This document shows positions 1-8,296 of a DNA stretch of 32,000 nt, one piece after another. Position numbers and translations under genes: made by a program. Positions within the stretch are counted from its first letter, which is position 1, and each line of letters begins with the position of its first letter. Origin of the DNA: Candidatus Scalindua sp. GTDB taxonomy: Bacteria > Planctomycetota > Brocadiia > Brocadiales > Scalinduaceae. Location of the stretch: positions 270,001 to 302,000 of the forward strand of contig JALDRA010000001.1 in NCBI GenBank assembly GCA_031316235.1, in the 5' to 3' direction. Under the pieces are notes generated by a model. That model saw only the letters and a program-made list of their open reading frames with translations, did not search any database and was not told the DNA's origin.

Positions 1-62
1 TCAATGGTAAGGATTTTCGTGTTTAGGGAAGCACCCTTATTAATTCCTGCCATTTGAATCAT
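1..62 (-). CDS. 5' end of a hypothetical gene running off the window (MIQMAGINKGASLNTKILTI...)
   Basis: ATG at 62..60, 17 nt downstream of the wzc-like stop on the same strand. The frame stays open to position 1. Only 20 codons are visible, so no functional call is possible. Confidence 0.3.
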   Translation of the reverse strand, partial: MIQMAGINKGASLNTKILTI

Positions 63-78
63 AAGGATATTCCCGAGT

Positions 79-2715
79 TCAATATCCGTAGTAGGTGGAG
101 TCTTTTTTCGCCTGATTCAATATAGTGCCTACGACACGTGTATCAGACTCTTTCAGGAAATTGGCTGCTTGATTCACCATTTTGACAGAAGCATGTCCAG
201 ACTTGACAACAAAGATTACGCCATCAACTAAAGGTAGCAATGGCCTCACACTGCCTAATGCTTCCAACAATGGCGGTGCATCTATAAGTACGATATCGAA
301 GCGTTGTTTCAGGATATCCAATACCTTTGTAAGGAACGTAAAATACTGTGGACCTTCATTTCTCAATTCATCACTACCTGAAGTTAATAAAGAAAGGCTC
401 AATCCCTCAATGGATTTAAGACATGAGAGAACTTCATTTTCAACCAATCTGCTGCCCACCATACGGCCCAAACGCTTGATAATGGATGAGTAATCTTCCT
501 GGAAATGAATTCTTCTGTCCTCATAGGTCTCCACATGTCCTGGTTCGAAAGCATATTCACCCTGTTTCCAGCTGAACAACTTTTGAAGGTGTTCTTCCAT
601 TTGAAGTTTTAAAGGGCCCTGTAATTGACTTTGATTAATATAGCCTGAGTTAATGAGAATATATCCCATAGGCAGACCGGTACGTTTGTTTCGATCCAGG
701 GCATCTTTCAATTGATTCTCGTCAATAAATCCACCGCGAAGAAGCATTGTTCCCAACCGATTGGCAAAGGGAACTTCCTGGCTCTGGAGGTGAACCAGCC
801 GGCCATTTTCAAAGACAACAGTCATAGCTTGAGAATCATCTTTTACCACAAGTTTTCCACTCTGCTTTTTCAAAGAAATAAGAAAGAACAGATCATCGAT
901 ACTGCACGTATCTAAAGTCCCATGATCCAGGTTCTTTGACAGTATCTTTGTCATAATATTCAACAATCCATTCCGATTCCCATTATCTAAACCAAACTTG
1001 TTATGCAGAGACGGCCGTTGCAGATCTGCATCAACCATTGCTACACGCAGCCCGCCCTTTGCCAGATTTATGGCTGAATTTGCAAGTACTGTTGTCTTTC
1101 CTTCACCAACAGTTGCACTTTCGATCAAGAGTATTTGTCCAGACATCCCCGATTCCAGGAGAGGCAATCCGCATATCAGACTACTTGAAACATTATAATA
1201 TCTCCCACTTCTCACCTTGTCTTTCTTCTGCTCGTTAAGTTTCAACTGGGACCCATTCGTCGGTAAAACAAGCGACTCTGTCCTGTTCAGATACCTGTTA
1301 TATGGTAACATGCCTATAACAGGCAGTTCAAGATGCTGCATGATGTCCTCTGGAGTCCTGATCGTTTTGTCCATATATTCAATGAAAAAAGTAAATCCCA
1401 AACCAAAAAACAGCCCCATGACTACAGCCAGTGAAATATTAAAGATAACATTTGGTTTGACAGGCAGACGGGGAATAACCGCAGCATCAACGATGCTGAT
1501 GTTTTGGCTCTCCATATTGCCAGTAAGATTGATTTCTTTGGCTTGTTTCAGCAGGATATCATAAATTGCCTTATCACTTTCCGCCTCCAATTCCAACATA
1601 CCATAATTTGTAAACTTACCATCATACAAATCAGCCTGCGAATCCTTCTCCGCCAGAATCTGTGTTTCAGTGCCCACATCAACCACTGCTCGGTCTAATT
1701 CTATCCTCATCGACTCTTTTAACCGACCCGCTTCATCAACAATACTCTTTTCCAGCTGGCTTATGCTTGAATCAATCTCAATGATCTTTGGATGCTTAGG
1801 ACCATACTTGGTATTCAGCTCCATTTTATTCGTCCTTAGCTGAACTAATTGTCTGCGCAGATCCTGGATGACATAGTGGTCTTTCACTTCCGGCAACGCG
1901 AAAAAACTGTCACTATCCACTGGATGGAAATCAATCTCATTAAATTCAAATTCGCTGATTGAAAGGATAGACTTTGCAAGCTTAATTTTATGATCTCTCA
2001 GCTGATTCTTCAGCCAGTTAAAGGTATTTTGAGATGCCATACTTTTTAATTGGTTGTTTCTCTCAACAAACGCCTTTACATGCGAATTAGCAATTCGTGC
2101 CGCCATTTCTGGAGAGTGATCGTTAAAGCTTATGCTCACTATATTGGTTTTTGGTATAGGTATAATTTCGAGTTCTGAAAGATACCAACTCACTACCTGT
2201 TTCCGCTTTAAGAGTATCTCTTCATCTTTTACATCTTTTCCGCTGCCTTGTCTTTTTGGAACTTCCGGAGTATTTGAACTCGAAGGGGATAAAGATTTTT
2301 TGATAAATCCCTGAAAGTCATTCATCAGTGAGACAATAAAGTTCGGTTTTTCCTTATTGGCCTCATAATATTCCTCCAGCTGCAAGTCTTCAGTAATCTT
2401 TCTGGCAAGATTCCTGCTTTTGAGTAATTCACACTGTGTATCAAAGTAAAAGTCACTCCGGGTATCCATATCTGAAACCTGAGTCATGCCTTTAACAGGC
2501 GAAGAAAATCCTTCGATCATCACCTGAGCGGTTGCCTGGTAGACAGGTTTTGTATAATAGGTTTTGACGGAGACCACGGATATTACCGCCAGGAAGAAGG
2601 TGATGGCAATCCATTTACGTTTCCAGATGATAGAAAGATAGTCCGCAAGATGTACTTCCTGTTCAAATGTTGTTCTCGGTGGCGGGGTATAGTCTCGATT
2701 CGTTTCATTTCTCAT
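79..2715 (-). CDS. Polysaccharide co-polymerase / bacterial tyrosine autokinase (Wzc/GumC/EpsG-like) with an inserted DUF4388-like + MshEN-like module
   Basis: ATG at 2715. N-terminal TM (res ~34-50), a long coiled-coil Wzz-like region and a second TM (res ~425-447). Walker A GEGKTT (537-542), Walker A' VAMVDADLQRP (558-568), Walker B DIVLIDAPP (807-815) and C-terminal Tyr cluster STYYGY. Starts 24 nt after the wza-like gene. Confidence 0.85.
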   Translation of the reverse strand: MRNETNRDYTPPPRTTFEQEVHLADYLSIIWKRKWIAITFFLAVISVVSVKTYYTKPVYQATAQVMIEGFSSPVKGMTQVSDMDTRSDFYFDTQCELLKSRNLARKITEDLQLEEYYEANKEKPNFIVSLMNDFQGFIKKSLSPSSSNTPEVPKRQGSGKDVKDEEILLKRKQVVSWYLSELEIIPIPKTNIVSISFNDHSPEMAARIANSHVKAFVERNNQLKSMASQNTFNWLKNQLRDHKIKLAKSILSISEFEFNEIDFHPVDSDSFFALPEVKDHYVIQDLRRQLVQLRTNKMELNTKYGPKHPKIIEIDSSISQLEKSIVDEAGRLKESMRIELDRAVVDVGTETQILAEKDSQADLYDGKFTNYGMLELEAESDKAIYDILLKQAKEINLTGNMESQNISIVDAAVIPRLPVKPNVIFNISLAVVMGLFFGLGFTFFIEYMDKTIRTPEDIMQHLELPVIGMLPYNRYLNRTESLVLPTNGSQLKLNEQKKDKVRSGRYYNVSSSLICGLPLLESGMSGQILLIESATVGEGKTTVLANSAINLAKGGLRVAMVDADLQRPSLHNKFGLDNGNRNGLLNIMTKILSKNLDHGTLDTCSIDDLFFLISLKKQSGKLVVKDDSQAMTVVFENGRLVHLQSQEVPFANRLGTMLLRGGFIDENQLKDALDRNKRTGLPMGYILINSGYINQSQLQGPLKLQMEEHLQKLFSWKQGEYAFEPGHVETYEDRRIHFQEDYSSIIKRLGRMVGSRLVENEVLSCLKSIEGLSLSLLTSGSDELRNEGPQYFTFLTKVLDILKQRFDIVLIDAPPLLEALGSVRPLLPLVDGVIFVVKSGHASVKMVNQAANFLKESDTRVVGTILNQAKKDSTYYGY

Positions 2716-2739
2716 ATTAATATCCTAACATTTTAAAGG

Positions 2740-3594
2740 TTAAAAATATCGTCCTGGAACCTTAATAATGTCGTCAGGCATCACAATATCTTCCATACGA
2801 GTATCAATTTCCTGTTCTCGACCATTTATCAGACGAATGATCTTTGTTCGTTTCAAGGCAGCATTTTCAGTATACCCTCCTGCACGGGACACAGCTTCAC
2901 GAACAGTCAGGCCTGTCTCCCATTTGAATTCACCAGGCCGCATTATCTCTCCGTTAACAAATATCCTGGAAATTTTGTTAACATAAATAGTATCACCGCT
3001 GGTAACATAAAATACATCATACGCGATATCGTCACTGTATTTCGATAGATCTAATGTTATCACACTGTTGTCTTCAAGATTCACAGGTGAAATAACCCCT
3101 TTATGATTTTGAAGTTGTTTCGGTCTTACTATTTTTATTACTCTTCCTGCCAGGTCAGTAAATCCGCCAGCCATCGAGATTAATTCCAGTATATGGGTTT
3201 TTCTTTTCAGAACATAACTTCCAGGTTTTTGTATTTCACCAAGGAGAAACACTTTTTGATTCCTGTACTGCTGAATACCAACCGACACTTCAGGCTTTAC
3301 CAGATAACCATCACTTAATCTTTTTTTTAAGTGATTTTCAAGCTCAAAGAGTGTAAGGCCGGCAGAGTGTACCTTGCCAATAAGGGGAAAGGTAAATGCA
3401 CCGTCCTTTGATACCTCAACAACACGGTTTAAATCGTCATTGTCCCACACCTGTATAGTGAGAATGTCATCTGAACCTATATGGTATTCTTCATCAAAAA
3501 GAGTTTCAGCAGAGATATCTGAGTCTGAAATTCTAGAAAAAACGAGGAGGCAAAGACTTGTCAATAGTATTTTTAAAAGAAATTTATAACACAT
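2740..3594 (-). CDS. Outer-membrane polysaccharide export (OPX) protein, Wza/GumB-like
   Basis: ATG at 3594 and an N-terminal signal peptide (LLKILLTSLCLLVF). Poly_export-type region DDILTIQVWDNDDL...DGAFTFPLIGKVHSAGLTLFELENHLKKRLSDGYLVKPEVSV, followed by SLBB-like repeats (VFLLGEIQKPGSY; IFVNGEIMRPGEF). Confidence 0.85.
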   Translation of the reverse strand: MCYKFLLKILLTSLCLLVFSRISDSDISAETLFDEEYHIGSDDILTIQVWDNDDLNRVVEVSKDGAFTFPLIGKVHSAGLTLFELENHLKKRLSDGYLVKPEVSVGIQQYRNQKVFLLGEIQKPGSYVLKRKTHILELISMAGGFTDLAGRVIKIVRPKQLQNHKGVISPVNLEDNSVITLDLSKYSDDIAYDVFYVTSGDTIYVNKISRIFVNGEIMRPGEFKWETGLTVREAVSRAGGYTENAALKRTKIIRLINGREQEIDTRMEDIVMPDDIIKVPGRYF

Positions 3595-4332
3595 TAATCA
3601 ACAACTCCCAAAAAATTATATTAACAAAATTAATGGCAATTGAAAGAGAAATCCACAACCTGTTTTCTTAACCGCGGAGGTCGAAAAATCGTACTTTTGA
3701 ACCTTTTTCAATAACCAGACGCTCTTTATTATTGCCTATCCGGGTAGAAAAAACCTTTTGCAGCCTCTCATATTCAGATTGCTCTCTCAAATAATTATCG
3801 AAAGCACCATATAAATCTGTAGACTTTTTTTAATTGCCCGCACAATGATCTTAGGGAATGGGCCGGTAAATAGTATTCCAGCAATTGGAGTGCCGCAGTC
3901 CTCAAAAAAAACAATACCCGGAACGGAATCTGGCAGTATTCCTGATGAGGAATTAAGATAGTGAGGTTAAAACTACCTCTAACAGTGGTTTTAAAGGAGG
4001 CAAAATAAGTTATGGCTGTTTTTAAAATCAATATCCTTTTTATTAATTTTCCTGAAAAACATAACGGCTGAACGGTTTAATTGAAAATGGGATACAATAG
4101 TTGACAAGTAAAAGCACTGGTTTTTTATTTCTTAGTGATTCCTTTTTGCAGAAAAACAGCATACTGACCCATGAGGTTGTCTAAATAGTAGACAACTACT
4201 CACCAGGATAGGCAGAAAAATAGACAGCGGCTGACTGCTACGTTAAAGACTTCATCCCTTATCTCCCTTTTAGGTCAACACGAAGAGATACCTATACCGC
4301 ACAATGTCTACCTGAAGTGGCAAGTGGTTTGA

Positions 4333-4444
4333 TATACTAAAACCGATTTGGTTTTCGGTTTTACCGGAAACCAAATCCTGGTGAAGGTATACTCGCTCAA
4401 TTTTATCTCGGATATTATCCGAAATCCAGTATGAGATGAGTATA
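4333..4444 (+). repeat. Two-hairpin dispersed repeat, copy 1 (short form, 112 bp)
   Basis: tatactaaaaccgatttggttttcggttttaccggaaaccaaatcctggtgaaggtatactcgctcaattttatctcggatattatccgaaatccagtatgagatgagtata. Termini are TATACT/AGTATA. It ends 26 nt from the kinase stop codon. Confidence 0.9.
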
Positions 4445-4469
4445 GTGAAAATGTTAGCTTACGGAATAG

Positions 4470-6587
4470 TTAAGTTGTCGGTACTTCCGGGCTTTTTTCA
4501 CTTTTCAAGGGAAGGCACATCCTCAAGGACATTAATATTTTATCTGCAGGCTCACCAAGTTCGGAGTAAGGCTGTATGTTATAATTACAACTCTTCGTCT
4601 CTGATTCTTTGATGCTCACTAAATTTTTATATATTGAGCCCACTAAATGCTTCAGGTCTAATTCTGAAAATGATTTCGTTTGTCTGGCTGTTGGAGAATC
4701 TTTTATAGTATCTGTCTTCACATTCTTGCCATCATCGTTGATCCCGCCCTCTGCAGAAACATAACTATGTGTCTTATTTCTCGTCATACATTTAACTATT
4801 TCGAAAAGGATTGAAAACGGTATTGGTTTTCCGTTTGTGTCTGTCAAATAGTACCTGATAATGGGGTTTATTTTCATAGACTTCAGGTATCCATGGAGCA
4901 ATTCATTAGCACCAAGCCGTGATGTCTGGGTTCGGTGTATTATATAGCCGAAAACCGTTTTTTCCTTTAATTCAAATAAAGATTGCTTTTTAAACTTCAT
5001 AAGCTCCAAATCAAAATCAGTAGAATATTTACCATAGTTATTGGCTTTTATCTCTTCCTCAACTAAATGTGTTTCATCCAGACATAAAGCAATAGCCAAT
5101 GTCATGCAGGAACCATGTATTTTCTTTATATCTTCATTTTCCTGTGATAGTGATGGCTCCAGGCATTTTACGTAAAATTTTTCCGGGTTTTTCCCCCCGG
5201 ATGACAGAAAATACAAGATAGAGCCTAATGAGAAAATATCACTATGTTGACTTGTCTGCTTAACGATATAAGCATGGTAATACAACTTGGGTACAATTGG
5301 TATTATTTTTGTCTTTACCGTGACAATAAATAAGTTATCTTCGATTCGTATATCTTCAATCTTGGTAATTTGCCTTGCATTTTCTTTACTTCCAAAAAAG
5401 ACCTCTTGACTTTCAAGCCAGTCTCCCGGTTCAAGTATTTTATCACCTATATTGAGAAATGTTATTGTTGTATGGGTGTCATCATCGTTACTCTTGCCAT
5501 CTAAAATGGTAAAATGGATTTCATAACCGTTATCAATTTGTTCCGGGGCTCGGAAAGGTATCGTTCCTAATGCCAAAGCACCTGGTTCCTTAGAACTTCT
5601 GGCCATTGTGTCAGAACCGTTTATGATCGAATTAACACCGCTTACAAAACCCAGATCGGAAATCTTAATGTTGAAATAATTAATTTCAGGAGGCTGTAAC
5701 GAAATTAAAAAATTGCCAGGCTTGATATCCCTGTGTGCCAATGCGCCGTCTTCAGATATTGTCTCATGAATATTTCGTACTGATGCTAATATTTGTGTAA
5801 ATAAATCTATTATGATTCGATATTTCAGCGGATTAGAAAGTTTCCCTATTAATCGTAAAATATTAATACCGCTGAAGTCACTTATTCCGCCTATCTCTAC
5901 CCGCTCTTCTAATTGTGCTTTGTTATTCAAATCATCAAAGAGTTTCCTTATAAATACCTCTTTTCTGTTTCTAAATTCAGTCAAAGCATACCCAAGCTTA
6001 TCACTTACCGCATACAATGTGTGATCACGCCAAGGATGTTGATAGGTAATCAAATCATCCAAAGTACCATGCTCTGCCCTCATTACAAAAAAATCGCCTT
6101 GCAGTTTATCAAGAAACTCTTTAGAAAGATTGTTTACAATACTTTCATTATTTCTCCTTGAGGATTCCGCATATTGTTCTCTGCTGACAAATTCTAAAAC
6201 CTCCTTTTCGTCTTCAGTCTCTTCTCTAAGAATATTTTCATAAGGAGGAGAAGTAAAAATATTGGAGAAACCGACATACTGCACAAAATGGTCAAATTTA
6301 TCTATTCCAAATGTTCTTGTCTTGTTTATCTCCTCGTAGAATCTTCTTAATGCAATTTGAGAAAACATTAAACTTTGATCATCATATTTAAGAAATTTAA
6401 TAGCATAAAACTCAGTTGCACTTGAAGGGTTAGATGAATTGGAAGCCAATGCTACATTAGCATATCTACCGCTCCCCATAATTACCGGTTTTTCATCATA
6501 TAAGATAAAAAATATTTCTTTAATAATCTTTTTTCCTTTTGTATCTTCCAATCCTGTAGCAATGTATAAAGGAATTGCTTTAACCAT
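4470..6587 (-). CDS. Atypical Hanks-type Ser/Thr protein kinase with several large insertions and an uncharacterised ~250-aa C-terminal region
   Basis: Numbering follows the 713-aa track ORF. Gly loop GSGRYANV (46-53), AIK Lys72, HRDIKPGN (293-300), DLG (319-321), APE (355-357), DIFSLG (458-463). The track start at 6611 is TTG. The ATG at 6587 is preceded by GGAG with a 5-nt spacer, so I prefer it. Confidence 0.75.
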   Translation of the reverse strand: MVKAIPLYIATGLEDTKGKKIIKEIFFILYDEKPVIMGSGRYANVALASNSSNPSSATEFYAIKFLKYDDQSLMFSQIALRRFYEEINKTRTFGIDKFDHFVQYVGFSNIFTSPPYENILREETEDEKEVLEFVSREQYAESSRRNNESIVNNLSKEFLDKLQGDFFVMRAEHGTLDDLITYQHPWRDHTLYAVSDKLGYALTEFRNRKEVFIRKLFDDLNNKAQLEERVEIGGISDFSGINILRLIGKLSNPLKYRIIIDLFTQILASVRNIHETISEDGALAHRDIKPGNFLISLQPPEINYFNIKISDLGFVSGVNSIINGSDTMARSSKEPGALALGTIPFRAPEQIDNGYEIHFTILDGKSNDDDTHTTITFLNIGDKILEPGDWLESQEVFFGSKENARQITKIEDIRIEDNLFIVTVKTKIIPIVPKLYYHAYIVKQTSQHSDIFSLGSILYFLSSGGKNPEKFYVKCLEPSLSQENEDIKKIHGSCMTLAIALCLDETHLVEEEIKANNYGKYSTDFDLELMKFKKQSLFELKEKTVFGYIIHRTQTSRLGANELLHGYLKSMKINPIIRYYLTDTNGKPIPFSILFEIVKCMTRNKTHSYVSAEGGINDDGKNVKTDTIKDSPTARQTKSFSELDLKHLVGSIYKNLVSIKESETKSCNYNIQPYSELGEPADKILMSLRMCLPLKSEKSPEVPTT

Positions 6588-6782
6588 TTTTTCTCCAATT
6601 TCACTAACCAATAATTATAAATGACACTGAAACAACTCACCTGATTCCTTTATTCAGTACGAGAAAAAAGCCGGGCAGTTGTCTTATAAATATCTTACCG
6701 TCTCAGAAGCATTATAATCACAATCCTTATTAATGGAGAGAGCGGCTCTTTATCTTTCAATAAAAATAACCGATTACAATGT

Positions 6783-6843
6783 CCAACAAATCCAAAATAC
6801 CGGATTGTATGCTGATGGGGTACCGATCAGGGTATTGAGTATA
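6783..6843 (+). repeat. Possible degenerate relic of the two-hairpin repeat
   Basis: Shares cggattgtat (6801-6810) and the terminal gagtata (6837-6843) with the long-form copies, in the same order but with different spacing. The match is weak. Confidence 0.2.
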
Positions 6844-6942
6844 TAACAGGTACTGCTTCCTTACAAGTAATTTTTTGCACTAACATACCAAAGCTGAAAA
6901 CAGATTATTCGTTTTTTTATCTTTTCAAAATGAGTGAGAAGA

Positions 6943-7176
6943 TTATCTTTCGCTCAGAACAAAAAGATAGATCTGAAACGAGAATTTCTGTATATTTACT
7001 TCAGATAGCATTTGAAAGGATACCTTGTAGTTCAACAGGACATTAACCGTATCACTGTTATTGGCAACAACTGGTTTTACCGCTGCTCTTCTCTCAATTG
7101 TGGACCGACTGACATTCCAGCTGTTCCGATCTAAATTTCTTTTGATGCATTTCAATTTCATAACTGGTATACTCAC
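6943..7176 (-). CDS. Hypothetical small protein (77 aa), downstream member of an overlapping ORF pair
   Basis: GTG start overlaps the stop of the upstream ORF (GTGA, 7173-7176). There is only a vague HicA-like pattern (KCIKRNLDRNSW...TVNV), and the GSH catalytic motif is missing. Confidence 0.25.
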   Translation of the reverse strand: MSIPVMKLKCIKRNLDRNSWNVSRSTIERRAAVKPVVANNSDTVNVLLNYKVSFQMLSEVNIQKFSFQIYLFVLSER

Positions 7177-7439
7177 AGGAATTGAATTTCTGATCTCTGC
7201 CAGGCTGCACTTGTTTCGTAAAGAAAATCAGGGAAAATGCCGTAATCTTCGCTGGTGCAGACGGAGTTTGTGGTTCTATCTGCGCTATACTTTTCCGCAG
7301 CCCTAATTTGTCCCCCTATGCGATACGCCTGTTTCATGGATGACTGTAATGACCTTAACATTGGTAAATATGCTTCTTTTACCACCCCTTTACCATCAGA
7401 AAAGGAAACCTCTGTAAAATAAGACGATGAATTGTCCAT
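7173..7439 (-). CDS. Hypothetical small protein (88 aa), upstream member of an overlapping ORF pair
   Basis: ATG at 7439. It overlaps the next ORF by 4 nt. No recognisable motif. Confidence 0.25.
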   Translation of the reverse strand: MDNSSSYFTEVSFSDGKGVVKEAYLPMLRSLQSSMKQAYRIGGQIRAAEKYSADRTTNSVCTSEDYGIFPDFLYETSAAWQRSEIQFL

Positions 7440-7603
7440 TCTGCAATTTTGATCTTAGTAGTGTTGACCTTATAAAGACCTGTGAGGGCTGCCTTACCTC
7501 TAAAGGTTGCACGATGATAAGATGCCCTAATTGTCGATATGAAACTATCCCTGATCCCGATCTGTTAAGAGAGATCAAGAGGATGAGAAAGAAGAAGAAA
7601 TAA
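7427..7603 (+). CDS. Small zinc-ribbon protein (58 aa), not in the supplied ORF track
   Basis: My translation: MNCPFCNFDLSSVDLIKTCEGCLTSKGCTMIRCPNCRYETIPDPDLLREIKRMRKKKK. It has three CxxC knuckles plus one extra Cys and a basic tail. There is an in-frame TAA at 7415-7417 upstream, and the ORF ends 29 nt before the next plus-strand gene. Confidence 0.5.
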   Translation: MNCPFCNFDLSSVDLIKTCEGCLTSKGCTMIRCPNCRYETIPDPDLLREIKRMRKKKK

Positions 7604-7632
7604 AGACCTTCAAGAGAGCACTCGCTTTTATC

Positions 7633-8067
7633 ATGAAAAACAGCCAGACACCTGAAAAAAATGTCGGAAATGCAGCAAACCTGATCATCTTTCTCGGCAT
7701 ACTTTATACGTGCTTAAGCATTGCTTCTATTTCAGGATGCAGTTACCTTGCATCAAGGGGATACGGTATCACGAGTATTATCATTGGCTCTACCATAGTA
7801 GGGTCAGGGTACGGTACCCGTTATGGAAGTAATATATCGTTATACTCAGCGACCTTTCTCTTTGGAACACTCGCCCTCTATTTTACGTATACCTTTTTTA
7901 TCAACCCTGCCATGAGCCCAATCCTTCGTTCTGGTTTGTGCATATGGGCCGGAAGCAGGTTAGTTAGGGTTTTTCCTGAAATGAAGATGCTAAAAGAGAC
8001 AGGTTCTTCTCCTGATAAAGAGAGCCGTTATAAAAGCTTTTTTCTCAAAAGAACACGGCAGAAATAA
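7633..8067 (+). CDS. Small integral membrane protein (144 aa, about 3-4 TM segments)
   Basis: ATG at 7633. Hydrophobic stretches are LIIFLGILYTCLSIASI, ITSIIIGSTIVGSG and ATFLFGTLALYFTYTFFI, followed by a basic C-terminal tail. Confidence 0.55.
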   Translation: MKNSQTPEKNVGNAANLIIFLGILYTCLSIASISGCSYLASRGYGITSIIIGSTIVGSGYGTRYGSNISLYSATFLFGTLALYFTYTFFINPAMSPILRSGLCIWAGSRLVRVFPEMKMLKETGSSPDKESRYKSFFLKRTRQK

Positions 8068-8112
8068 TCTTAATCGGTTCAATAACCTACTGGAGATACA
8101 CCCTCCCCCCGC

Positions 8113-8212
8113 TATACTAAAACCGATTTGGTTTTCGGTTTTACCGGAAATCAAATCCTGGTGAAGGTATACTCGCTCAATTTTATCCGAAATCCAGTAT
8201 GAAATGAGTATA
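8113..8212 (+). repeat. Two-hairpin dispersed repeat, copy 2 (100 bp deletion variant)
   Basis: Same as copy 1 except for one stem transition (aaaccaaatc to aaatcaaatc), gagatg to gaaatg, and loss of 12 nt (ctcggatattat), which removes one arm of the distal inner hairpin. Confidence 0.9.
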
Positions 8213-8296
8213 TCTCCAAAATGGTGTAAATTATAATGCGGAATTTACCAGTTCGCTTCAGCTGATCAGCAGTTACAGTTTTCAATAGTATTTATT

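Noticed and set aside
3795-4031. 78-aa minus-strand ORF in the long non-coding gap
   Set aside because: No RBS and no motif, and the composition is odd (Cys/Phe/Arg-rich). It is probably random.
4333-4444. Repeat as an IS200/IS605-derived palindrome-associated element (two subterminal hairpins)
   Set aside because: This cannot be excluded, but I found no conserved 4-5 nt target motif 5' of the left ends (flanks are ga, gc, ta, ga, tg). The element also has short inverted termini, which IS200/IS605 ends lack.
7061-7306. 81-aa plus-strand ORF
   Set aside because: It overlaps the two minus-strand small ORFs and has a non-protein-like composition. There is no start context. None of the three can be confirmed, and this one is the least plausible.
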